A DNA stretch of 63,420 nt, filler included, from Octopus bimaculoides (GCF_001194135.2; 6 parts of 6 records of this genome joined end to end with filler, not necessarily neighbours in it); one strand, 5' to 3'. Numbered from the whole stretch's first letter, positions 38,316 through 49,279 are shown. Numbers and translations are program-made. The notes: generated by a model from the letters alone, not told the origin.

Positions 38316-38914
38316 AATAATAATAATAATAATAATAACAATAACAATGCAGAATAGACAAATAAAACCTAAATAAATAAACAAACATGTACAACATTTT
38401 AAACTCTACTATTAATTAATGCTGTTGTTTATATATATATAGCATGCATAAACACAAGCACAGATATACATATATACACCCTCATACACACGAAGTTGTG
38501 CGAGCCTGTGTATGAGTGTATGTATACACATGAATGGTGTATGTATACACACGAAGGGTGTATGTATACACATGAAGGGTGTATGAAAATTCTTGAGCCT
38601 CAGCAAACGCAAAACATGGTACAACACTTTTGATGAAGGTACAAGACTTCAAGGCTCAGAGCTTTTCATATACCTCTCGTATGTGCATGTGTGTGCGTGC
38701 GCGCGCGCGCGTGTGTATCTGTAAACGTATGTATGTAGAGATGAATGTAGTATATTTTTCTATAATATATACAGGTGTATGTGTGCGTCTGCGCGCACGC
38801 ATATCTGTGTATGTGCGTGCGCGCGTGTGCGTGTGTTTATGTGTCTGCGCATGTGTGTGTGTGTCTCTGTGTGTGTGTCCGCCTGTGTATGTGTATGTAT
38901 GTGTGTGTAAACAA

Positions 38915-38945
<31 letters not shown>

Positions 38946-39419
38946 ATATATATACATATAAAGCATACATAGAAATATATACATACATGCATTTATATCT
39001 ATTGTATTTTCTTATGCACATATATCACATACGTATATAGATATGAATCAACATATTTATATGCTTGGATTTACATGCGTATGTTTGTGTATATTTCTGC
39101 GTGTGTATATATATATATATACGTATATATGTAATCAAATCTATGGTGGGAGCCATAAATGAGTCTAATATGATATACTTGACTTCCCTCTGAGAATCTC
39201 ACACTCAAAATAGTTTTGCAAGAACACAGCAGGTCCCTGTTATGCAACGAGATTGTAGAAACAAAGAAAATACTCCTATAGGCATCAAACATACATACGT
39301 ATTTGGTGCAATCTTTTGAGAAGATAAAACAATTGTCTTCACAATCATGCAGACACACATTCACGCACGCATTCACACATAAGCACTTACAGACATCTTT
39401 ACGCATACATACGCACACG

Positions 39420-39467
<48 letters not shown>

Positions 39468-39603
39468 GTTTGCTTCTCTCTCTCTCTCTCACCCTCTCTC
39501 TCTCTCTCTCACCCTCTCTCTCTCTCTCTCATATATATATATACAAAACAAATTCTTCCGTATTCACTCTTCTTCTCCCTTTCTATTTTGATTCGCTCTC
39601 CCA

Positions 39604-39663
<60 letters not shown>

Positions 39664-39764
39664 TCTATTTCTCTTTCTCTCTCTCTCTTTCTCTTTTCCC
39701 AAATATATTCATGCAGACAAACATAAATGCGTATGCTCCTCGCCCAGTCACACTTGTATTTCTC

Positions 39765-39940
<176 letters not shown>

Positions 39941-40284
39941 CATGTGTTTGTGTGTGCATATGTGTGTGTGTGTGTGTGTGTATGTATGTGTTTTGTGTTT
40001 ATATGCATATAAGTAAGTATTCCACTCCATAATCTAAATATCTTTGATCTTGCTCTACATGCATTGTTAAAAAGTATAGGCGGTTCTGCTCTGGGGTTTT
40101 TGAAGTGTGTTTCCCATTTTTAAGTGAGTTTATAAATACTCTAAGTATATGTATATATGTGTCTTATGCTGGTATGAAATATTTAGTGAAAGCTGTACCA
40201 AACGCTTCAATATGTCTCATTTCAATATCTGTAACTGGTTTCACGCGTGAAATGAAAAGGGAAAGAGGGAAAAGAAAAAAAAAA

Positions 40285-40325
40285 GGTCTTTAACGTTTCA
40301 GACAGAGAGTCCGTCATCAGAACAA
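40285..40325 (-). ncRNA. Putative Penelope-type minimal hammerhead ribozyme motif
   Basis: Minus strand CTGATGA-c-GGAC(tctct)GTCT-GAAA-CGTT-AAAGAC: intact CUGAUGA and GAAA boxes, 4-bp helix II, palindromic AACGTT in place of helix III; helix I only partly paired. Confidence 0.6.
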
Positions 40326-40768
40326 CGAAATAACGCGAAGTGTGATGTCTATGAAGGAAGACATGGAAAATGCTGTTAGAGGCTGGATTAGAATGTTGTT
40401 TTATGGGAAGGAATTAAGAGAAGAGAAAGAAGCATGGAGTTGTGTGCATATAAAAGCGAGTATATATGCAGGGAGATTGGAATAATGGGAGAGGTGTGAG
40501 TGGTGTCGGATGCAGGTGAATGACTGGAGGTGAGTGGAGTTGAATGAAATATGAATGTGGCAAGTTGAGGGAGAGGCGAGGAAGCAGAAAAAAAAAACTG
40601 AGGAAATAGAAAAAATAGTGAAAAAGTTGCAGCCAAAATTTAAAGCAAATACAAATGCGTAGGAAACATAAGTCAAAAAATATATAAAAGGTTAGGTAAA
40701 TATCTCTAAGATATAGATGAACTGGAAAGTGTAAGTTATATATAAATAAATAAATATATATATATATA

Positions 40769-40843
<75 letters not shown>

Positions 40844-41162
40844 ATGTATGTATGTATGAATCTATATATTATATTACATATTACACACACATACAAACAA
40901 ATACACATATATAAAGTTATAGAGAACGAGAGAAATGTAGTAAGATAAAAAATTATTTAACCATTGGAAATTCTTTGTTATATAAGGATTTCCAATGGTT
41001 AAACAAATCTTATCATACTATATTTCTCCCGTTATATACTCCTTATGGTTTTATCGTACTCTATACTCTATATGATTTTCAGAATGATATATTTAGGAGT
41101 TCTCTTTATGTTTACCACCGTGTTAGTTCACTCCATATATATTGTGGCATAAATTTATATAT

Positions 41163-41239
<77 letters not shown>

Positions 41240-41705
41240 NNNNNNNNNNNNNNNNNNNNNNNNNNNNNNNNNNNNNNNNNNNNNNNNNNNNNNNNNNNNN
41301 NNNNNNNNNNNNNNNNNNNNNNNNNNNNNNNNNNNNNNNNNNNNNNNNNNNNNNNNNNNNNNNNNNNNNNNNNNNNNNNNNNNNNNNNNNNNNNNNNNNN
41401 NNNNNNNNNNNNTTTATATATATATATATATATGTACATACATATATATGCAGTCGATAGGTGGGAACTAGATAAGTTCAGGGTAGAAAACATATACTAC
41501 CGTTCCAATAATTGTGAACTTAAACTCCGATTTCTGCATCCAGGGCAAGGCCCACAGTTTCAAGAGTGGCCATAAAAGAAATCCAAATCCAATGGATGTG
41601 GAGATAGTATTGAAGATCTACACAGTCAAGCTTGACATGTAGATATACTTAAATAGAGCACAATATATACAGATGAAAATATAGAGGAATAATTTAATGC
41701 CTTAA

Positions 41706-41948
41706 CTCGACAGCACTTTCAGAAAGCCAAGAATTACGTCATAATCATGTGTATGCAACAGGTGACCAATCATATGAAGATACTAATGAGTCAGTCTCGC
41801 CTCTTCATGAGGAAAATGGCATATGCATTTGCCATTGTTCTCTTGACGATATTGTAATACGATCATGCGCCTGGTCACCGGTTGCATACTCATGACTTGC
41901 AAATTATGATTAAAACGTAACTCTTGCTTTCCTGAAACAGCTGTCGAG
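41706..41948. mobile_element. MITE with long imperfect TIRs and TTAA flanks
   Basis: TTAA|CTCGACAGC..AAGAATTACG..GTATGCAACAGGTGACCA on the left mirrors TGGTCACCGGTTGCATAC..CGTAACTCTT..GCTGTCGAG|TTAA on the right. Confidence 0.75.
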
Positions 41949-42819
41949 TTAAGACGCGACATAATTGTTTTATATTTTATTATGTTTATTGTTCTCCAAG
42001 TAAATATCAAGCATAACTATTCATTACCTATCCCTCTTCTCTCTATATATATTAACTATATACCATATCGCTGAAGGACATCAAACTAAGAACCGAATTA
42101 GGAACATAAGACAGAAGCCTGCTTCTGTCATATATGTTAGGGTTTTCTTATACGACAAATTTATACGGAAGTGTAAATCGCTGTACAGCCTCTTTGTGCC
42201 ACCTTCTGATGAAGGTACGGTAATTCTCAATTTGCTACACTGTTTATCACCACAAAGATGCAGGAAAACAGTTGTATTTGCTAAGATTTAAGGAATTGGC
42301 TGTAAAACTCCATGTACCAAATCTTAATAAACTCAAACTTACAAAGTTAAATCAGATAATGCTGAACATTATCTGATAGCACAACAGAAGATATTTCTTC
42401 GCGTATCGGGTATCTATAATAGGAAACAATGTATATAATGAATGTGAAAAATACGCATAATGATTAATTCATTAAATGTTGATTTATCATATGTAAACGA
42501 TGAATGAAATCAAATTAACTTTCGAATTAAAACGATACGGGTTCATATTAAACATATTTTACGCAAACGTAATCATGATTACGAACTCTGAAGATGCTTG
42601 TTGTTCTGTACCTTTGTCGTAACGAAGACTATAGCAGTGCTAAAATGTAGATACCTTCGCCAGAAAGTGGCACAGAGAGAGTGTACAGCAGCTTACAGTT
42701 CTATATAGTCAGGTCGTTTAAGGAAAACCGAACAGTTATGACACAAGCAGGCAAGACCGTGAATAAACATGATAGAGAAAAAAGCGAAACTACAGCAATG
42801 TCAATGATAATAATTGTTT

Positions 42820-43020
42820 CAAATTATGGTCCTAGGCCAATATTTTGAACGGGCTATACTATGGATCCTCGTACAACGCTGTTATTTTATTTCATCAACT
42901 CCAGAGGGATTAAAGGCACAGTTAATATCGGTGGAATTCGAACTAAAAACATTATGTTTTGAAGAAATACCTAGGCATTTCGTCCGACGCGATTTCAATC
43001 CTATTCGCTCGCTACCTTAA
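42820..43020 (-). mobile_element. Diverged SINE-A
   Basis: GGTGGAATTCGAACT..GGCATTTCGTCCGACGCG..CGCTACCTTAA adjoining (AAT)n. Confidence 0.7.
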
Positions 43021-43122
43021 TAATAATAATAATAATGATAATAATAATAATAATGATAATAATAATGATAATAATAATAATAATAATGATAATAATAATG
43101 ATAATAATAATAATAATAATAA

Positions 43123-43294
43123 CACACACACACAGATAGAGAAATTAAGGCAAATAGACCAGATATAGTTGTCAAAGATCATGAAGGAAAAAAATGCCTT
43201 CTAATTGATGTTTCAATACCAGCAGATGACAACGTTTCTCTAAAAGAAATGGAAAAACTTTCAAAATACAAAGACCTGGAAATAGAGATAACTC
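43123..43294 (+). mobile_element. R4/Dong-clade REL endonuclease fragment starting at (AAT)n
   Basis: HTDREIKANRPDIVVKDHEGKKCLLIDVSIPADDNVSLKEMEKLSKYKDLEIEIT: intact PD..D..K.EK..KY restriction-like endonuclease motif; truncated by the scaffold end. Confidence 0.9.
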
Positions 43295-43394
43295 NNNNNN
43301 NNNNNNNNNNNNNNNNNNNNNNNNNNNNNNNNNNNNNNTTAATTAATTAANNNNNNNNNNNNNNNNNNNNNNNNNNNNNNNNNNNNNNNNNNNN
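43295..43394. other. Artificial scaffold-joining spacer
   Basis: 44 N + TTAATTAATTAA + 44 N. Confidence 0.95.
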
Positions 43395-43984
43395 TACATA
43401 CACACACACATACATACACACTTGTTCGTATCTGTCCCTCACCACCGCTCGATAAGCGATGCTTGTGTGGTCAACGTCCCCTTAAATTAGCAGTTTGGCG
43501 AAAGAAAACATAGAAAAATACCAGGCTTTAAAAATATATATAATTACTGAGATTGAGTCTTTAGACTAAAGATTCTTAAAGGTAATGTCCCAGCATGGTC
43601 GTAGTCTAATGGCCGAAGCAAGTAGAAGATAAAATATTATGCCTAACAAAAGACCCTTAAAAAAGCAAGAAGGTGAGCTGAATGTCAGTTGAACGGAATG
43701 AAGGCCACTGGACATGGCTGTTCTTACATTCAGCCTGTTCTGCTGTTCTGGGGACAGTGGTTTTTGGTACTGGAAGCAAACACACTCGGACATAGATTCA
43801 CACACTTAAACCACCCACCTAATCATACACATACACACACACATACACACACTCACACTAACACGTGTGCACGCGTAGAATGAGTGTGTGTGTGGTGAGA
43901 GATAGACATTATGAGGGAAACATTAAAACGTCATATAAGTTTACGTCGAATTAGCGATGCTAAACTAGCGGTGCCAGAACGTCT

Positions 43985-44400
43985 CATACCTCCAGCTGAA
44001 GACTAAATGAAGGCTATTTGAAGGTTTGTGGAATGCCAGTCGAAGGCCAATTGAATGCCAATCAAAGGACAAGTAAAACAAAAGCATACACCAAGCAAAC
44101 TCTAGAAGGTTAGTGGAATGTTATACAAATGCTAACTGAAGGTCAGTTGAATGCTTGTTGACGGCCATTTAAGTGCAAGTCTAAAGATATTTGAATGCTT
44201 GATGATGATCAGTTAAACGCTTGACTAAAACGAAGTAAATGCCGAGTAAAATTTATCAGAAGGCCAGTGGAACGTAACACAAATGCGAATCAAAGAACAG
44301 CTGAACACCTGCCAAGCAAAGGTCAGTTGAATACCAGCTGAATGCTAAACGAAGAGCCAATTGCATATCAGTCGAAGTCCAAACAAAATACAGTATAAGG
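43985..44400. repeat. Highly degenerate minisatellite (consensus near GAAGGTCAGTTGAATGCCAGTC)
   Basis: Recurrent GAAGG(C/T)CA(G/A)T(T/G)GAA motifs at irregular ~20-45 bp spacing. Confidence 0.55.
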
Positions 44401-44560
44401 CTAATTAAAAACGAAATTAAAATTGGACTAATACCAAGAGATGACTAGTAAATACCAAGCTAGAGTCACATTAAAGGCACACTAAGATGAAGTTAAGGTG
44501 AGGTAAAAGATTATATATTGCGGTGAAGTCAAAAACTGTAGGGGGCAATTTTGGGCGCTA

Positions 44561-44912
44561 CTTTAGCGTGTGATCTACAACTTAAAGGGTTATTTCTGTA
44601 GGTTAATATTTTGTTTACATTTCAATTTCTAAAATCCCTTAAGGTGTTGGCTAAAGATTTGTTTTACAATAAATTCCTTTTTAATACTTAACATTGTAAA
44701 TGCATTTTATCAAAAGTTTCGCTCTTTTAATAACAAAACCATGTTTCATTCATGTCTTAGTAAACAATAATAAGAAACCAAAAAGAAACAATATAATAAT
44801 TAAAATAAGTTCGTAGTTCACACAAGTTTGGCAGCCGCGGGTTTTGCAACGTCAAAAAACTAAAAACTAACCTAAAGTAATCTCCCTTGAAATTGTAGAT
44901 CACACGCCAAAG
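44561..44912. mobile_element. TA-flanked MITE, ~350 bp
   Basis: TA|CTTTAGCGTGTGATCTACAAC.. and ..TTGTAGATCACACGCCAAAG|TA, with ~50-bp imperfect TIRs; a partial second copy starts at ~47805. Confidence 0.8.
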
Positions 44913-44930
44913 TAACACCAAATTTTGTTG

Positions 44931-45124
44931 TTAACAGTTCCTTCCATGAACACAGGACTCTGACCTCATGCTCCAGTACCACCCCTTCTGGCAGTCCATC
45001 CTTATTAAACCTCCGAAGTTACACAGAAAGAATTTGCCGCAGTCGTCCTTGTCTTCGTAGAAACCGTCTTCGCAGGCCACACAGTTTTCTGTCGACGGGA
45101 AGATGCAGAAGTTCCGTCTTTTAA
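44931..45124 (-). CDS. Terminal exon encoding a chitin-binding peritrophin-A (CBM14/ChtBD2) domain
   Basis: Acceptor ctctctgttattacAG at 45126-45125 (phase 1), then KRRNFCIFPSTENCVACEDGFYEDKDDCGKFFLCNFGGLIRMDCQKGWYWSMRSESCVHGRNC*: six Cys with CBM14 spacing and the conserved aromatic residues, in a GC-richer, stop-free stretch. Confidence 0.88.
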
Positions 45125-45139
45125 CTGTAATAACAGAGA

Positions 45140-46420
45140 GTGAGAGTGAGTGTGAGTGTGAGTGGGGGTAAACAGTGGAGGTTCTGGATGGAAATATTGA
45201 GTGGAGGGCACTGAGTGAAGGTTCTGGATGGAGATATTGAGTGGGGGTACTGAGTGGAGGCACTGAGTGGAGATTGAGCAGGGATACTGAGTGTGGTATT
45301 GAGTGAGGGTATTAAGTGGAGGTATTGAGTGAAGTCATTCAGCAGGGATACAGGGTGGGGGTTCTGAGTGAGGGTCCTGATAGATGTTTCTGAGTGGGGT
45401 TTTTGAGTGGGTTTCTGAGTAAAGATACTGAGCAGGGTAACTGAGTGGTGACATCGATTGGGATACTGATTGGGGGTAGTGGGTGGCGGTATTAAGTGGA
45501 GGAATTGAGCTGGGATATTGAGTGAGGTACTGAGTGGAGTATTGAAATGCTGCATTGAATGGGGGTATTGAGTGTAGATTATTGAGTGGAAGTATTTAGT
45601 AGAAGTGCTGAGTGGGAGCAATAAATGGGGAGTACTTAATGAGTGGGGGATAGCGAGTGAAGATATTGATTAGAAATATTTATTCCTTCGTTGTCCACAG
45701 GGGGCTAAACATAGAGGGGACAAACAAGGACAGACAAAGGGATTAAGTCGATTACATCGACTCCAGTACGTGACTGGTACTTATTAAATCGACCCGAAAG
45801 GATGAAAGGCAAAGTCGACCTCGGTGGAATTTGAACTCAGAATGTAACGGCAGACGAAATACGGCTAAGCATTTCGCCCGGCGTGCTAACATTTCTTATT
45901 TCTTTATTGCCCACAAGGGGCTAAACATAGAGGGGTCAAACAAGGACAGGCAAAGGGATTAAGTCGATTACATTGATCCCCAGTGCGTAACTGGTACTTA
46001 ATTTATCCCGAAAGGATGAAAGGCAAAGTTGACCTCGGCGTAATTTGAACTCAGAACGTAACGGCAGACGAAAGACCGCTAAGCATTTCGCCCGGTGTGC
46101 TAACGATTCGGCCAGCTCGCCGCGCTCAATTAATCAGAAGTCGGGGTGATAAGACATTAAGTGGAGGTATTAGGGGTAGTACTGAGTGGGTGCATTGAGT
46201 AAATGTATTGAGTGTAGGAACTGAGAGCGGGGATTGAACGACGTATTGAATGGGGGCAATGAGCGGCGGCACTAAGGGAGAACATTGAGTGCGAGGTAAC
46301 GGAACGGGGAGGTGCTGTGCGGGGATATTGAAAGTGGCACTGAACGAAAAGTCTGAGGGTAAACATGGAGTGGAGGTCATTGAGAGAGACTATTGAGTGA
46401 AGGTATTGTGTGGAGGTTAT
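45140..46420. repeat. Degenerate ~13-14 bp G-rich minisatellite (approx. GGTATTGAGTGGA), split by SINEs
   Basis: (A/C)TGAGTG recurs through 45140-45665 and 46135-46420. Confidence 0.8.
45676..46124 (-). mobile_element. Head-to-tail pair of young SINE-A copies
   Basis: ~45676-45897 and ~45893-46124, near-consensus, both with the GTTTAGCCCC(T/C)TGTGG..AATAAAG-type tail. Confidence 0.92.
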
Positions 46421-46464
46421 TACAACTACTATCGCTACTAATATTAGCTACTATACTATACATT

Positions 46465-47435
46465 AGATTGTAGAGTCCTAGATACACTACCTCTGAATAG
46501 GAGATGGGATGGTCACAGCTGGCGTATCTTTGATCATGGGTTTGTCTAGATCAGGACTGACCCAGGGTTAAACAACAACCGCCACCATGGCTACTGATGC
46601 TAACTACTATATATTTGATAACGTAGTCCTAGATACACCATGGCTGAGTAAAAGATGGGATGGTCACAGTTGGAAAATCTTTGATTATAGGTCTGTCTGG
46701 ATCGGGACTGTCTTGGGTCTAAACAATAGCCTCTAATATTAATTACTATATTATACTTTAGATCAAGTAGTCCTAGATATACTATGCCTCAATAAAAGAT
46801 TGGATGGTCTCAACCTGAATATCTTTAATCATAGGTTCGTCTGGACCAGGACGGACCTGGGGTTAAACAACAGCAAATGTTATAGCCACTAATACTAATT
46901 AGTATATTTTACATTAGATTATGCGAGGCGCAATGGCCCAGTGGTTAAGGCAGCGGACTCGCGGTCATAGGATCGCGCTTTCGATTCCCAGACCGGGCGT
47001 TGTGAGTGTTTATTGAACAAAAAACACCTAAAGTTCCACGAGGCTCCGGCAGAGCATGGTGGCGAACCCTGCTGTACTCTTCCACCACAACTTTCTCTCA
47101 CTCTTTCTTCCTGTTTCTGCTGTGCCTGTAATTCAAAGGGGCCAGCCTTGTCACACTGTGTCACGCTGAATATCCCCGAGAGCTACGTTAAGGGTACACG
47201 TGTCTGTGGAGTGCTCAGCCACTTGCATGTTAATTTCACGAGCAGGCTGTTCTGTTGATCGGATCAACTGGGAACCCTCGTCATCGCAAGCGACGGAATG
47301 CCACTCTCTAAATTAGATTATGTAGTCCTCGATACCTAATGTCTGAATAGAAATATGGGATGGTCACAGTTGGAACATCTTTTGATCATAGGCCTGTCTG
47401 TCTGTATCGGGACTGTCCCAGGGCTAAACAACAAT
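46465..47435 (+). repeat. Four tandem ~140-155 bp units, each containing the family-D repeat
   Basis: Unit: (T)AGAT..GTAGTCCTAGATAC..GATGGGATGGTCACAG(C/T)TGG..TCTTTGATCATAGG..GGACTG..GG(G/T)(C/T)TAAACAA; three units at 46465-46920 and a fourth at 47312-47435. Confidence 0.85.
46924..47311 (+). mobile_element. Full-length SINE-C (C1) with 11-bp TSD
   Basis: Head GGCGCAATGGCCCAGTGGTTAAGGCAGCGGACTCGC..TTCGATTCCC; ATTAGATTATG at 46913-46923 and 47312-47322. Confidence 0.93.
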
Positions 47436-47716
47436 AAATACCGGAACTTCAAAGAATGTTCTCACCATCGATTCTGTGATTTGATGCCAGACCGTCACTG
47501 GGTCCTGGAAATGGGAAATAGAAAAATATTAAATGGAAACATATGCATACATATATACATACATACTTGCACGCAAGAATACATACATACATACACACAC
47601 ATATATACATACATGCATACACAGACATACATTCATACATGAATGCATACATACATACATACATGCATACATACATTCATACATGAATGCATAATACATA
47701 CATACATACATACATA

Positions 47717-47789
47717 CTAGGGTTCTCAAAACCTGAAAGGAAAAGGCTGATTAGAAGACTACAGATTCAAGCCATCAATGGAACTGTAA
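47717..47789 (+). mobile_element. REL-family C-terminal fragment starting at (ATAC)n, cut by a MITE
   Basis: LGFSKPERKRLIRRLQIQAINGTV aligns with LGISGEECKSLIHMLKMITISGTT at ~7.4 kb. Confidence 0.6.
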
Positions 47790-48154
47790 TAATCATTTGT
47801 TATTCTTTTGGCGTGTGATCTACAAGGGAGATTACTTTAGATTACGTTTTAGTTTACTTTTCAATTTCTAAAAACCCTCAAGATGTTAGCAAACATTTTT
47901 ACAATGCGATCACCAACGAGACGAAGGTAGTTGCATTAAATTCACATCATTTCTTAAGAAAAATAAACGTGCCACTTTGCCATGTGATCTACGTGAACAA
48001 ATTTACTTTGGTGGGTAACCCACCCGTTTATTTTGATTAGTATATAGTTTTCTTCTTATTAAAATAGTAAGAATTCTGAAAAAATACATTTATAATGCTA
48101 AGTATCTACAAAATATTTTAAAAAGTAAATTAAAGTAACTCCATCCTTTTAACT

Positions 48155-48785
48155 TGAAGGCAACGAGCTGGCAGAGAGGTTAGCAAGCCGGGCGAAATGC
48201 TTAGCGGTATTTCGTGTCTTTACGTTCTCAGTTCAAATTCCGCCGAGGTCGACTTTGCCTTTCATCCTTTCGGGGGTCGATAAATTAAGTACCAGTTGTG
48301 TACTGGGGTCGATCTAATCGACTGGCCCCCTCACCCAAAATTTCGGGCTCTGTGCCTAGACTAGAAACGATTATTCTTTTAACTAATTAAAATTCCTGAA
48401 GGTGCAGAAAGGGCTGTTCGTTTGAGAAACTCACTCTTCAACCAGATCTTTTCGTGTTCAGTCCCACTTGTGCGACACCACGGGCCAGTTGTCTTCCACC
48501 ATAGACTCAGGTGAACCAATGCCTTCCGAGTGAATTTAGTTGACGGAAACTTTGTCGAAGCCCGTCGTGTATATGAATGGATGCTTGTCTTAGTGTTTAC
48601 GCCTTCTCCTCGGCACCGCTTAAGCAACGCTGTTGGTTTGCTTACATCACCGTAACTTAAGAGAGACCGCTAGCACAAGTACGAGACTTCAAAATAAGTA
48701 ACGGGGCGATTTCTTCGACTAATATAAAATCGAGTAGATACTGCAAAACGACCGCAGTCCAATGACTGAAGCAAGTAAAAAATAG
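48155..48785 (+). mobile_element. SINE-A (~48155-48372) and diverged SINE-B body (~48500-48785)
   Basis: Family motifs as in the other copies. Confidence 0.8.
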
Positions 48786-49279
48786 AGAGACGACATGAAA
48801 ATTAAAACAATTTAACTGTAAATATGGGGTTTGTAATCAAGGATGGGAGTTAACTACTACTGGATAAGTAGTAAATGTATTTAGCCACAGTAAGCTCCCT
48901 TTACCTTAAGAAGCATTACACATTATGTTCGTATTTTCTTCACCATAATTTCAGTAATGTTTATTATATTTACACACGCACGCGTCCGCTCACACACAGG
49001 TACGTATGCATATACACACACATACACTTAAACATGACAGAGGTGGAAGAGAGAGAGGGATATGGGGACAGAGGGAGCGAGTGAGAGATGGAGACAGAGA
49101 GAGAGAGAGTCAACAAATGAGATCCGGAGTTACTCATTATAAGAAGTACTTCGTAGTGTTTCAAATGTTTTAAACTCACATGTATGTATATTTTGTGCAA
49201 ACCCAAGCAGTTTAATTGTGGACAGTCACTCAATCTTTCTTGAAAAGAAGCGAGGTACACTAGAGTAAGTACATCCACG

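Noticed and set aside
40301-40385. Plus-strand exon after tttaacgtttcAG
   Set aside because: There is no convincing donor or recognisable peptide, and the region is better explained by the minus-strand Penelope-type motif.
42110-42129. 9-bp palindrome GACAGAAGC-ct-GCTTCTGTC
   Set aside because: Isolated and short, with no associated structure; plausible by chance or local repair.
45121-45621. Pro/Ser/Thr-rich ORF as a chitinase-type linker for the CBM14 domain
   Set aside because: It is in a different frame and stops at 45121; it derives from a ~13-bp minisatellite, and a good acceptor sits at 45125.
46924-47000. tRNA genes at SINE heads
   Set aside because: A and B boxes are present but they continue into SINE bodies with TSDs and lack a complete cloverleaf.
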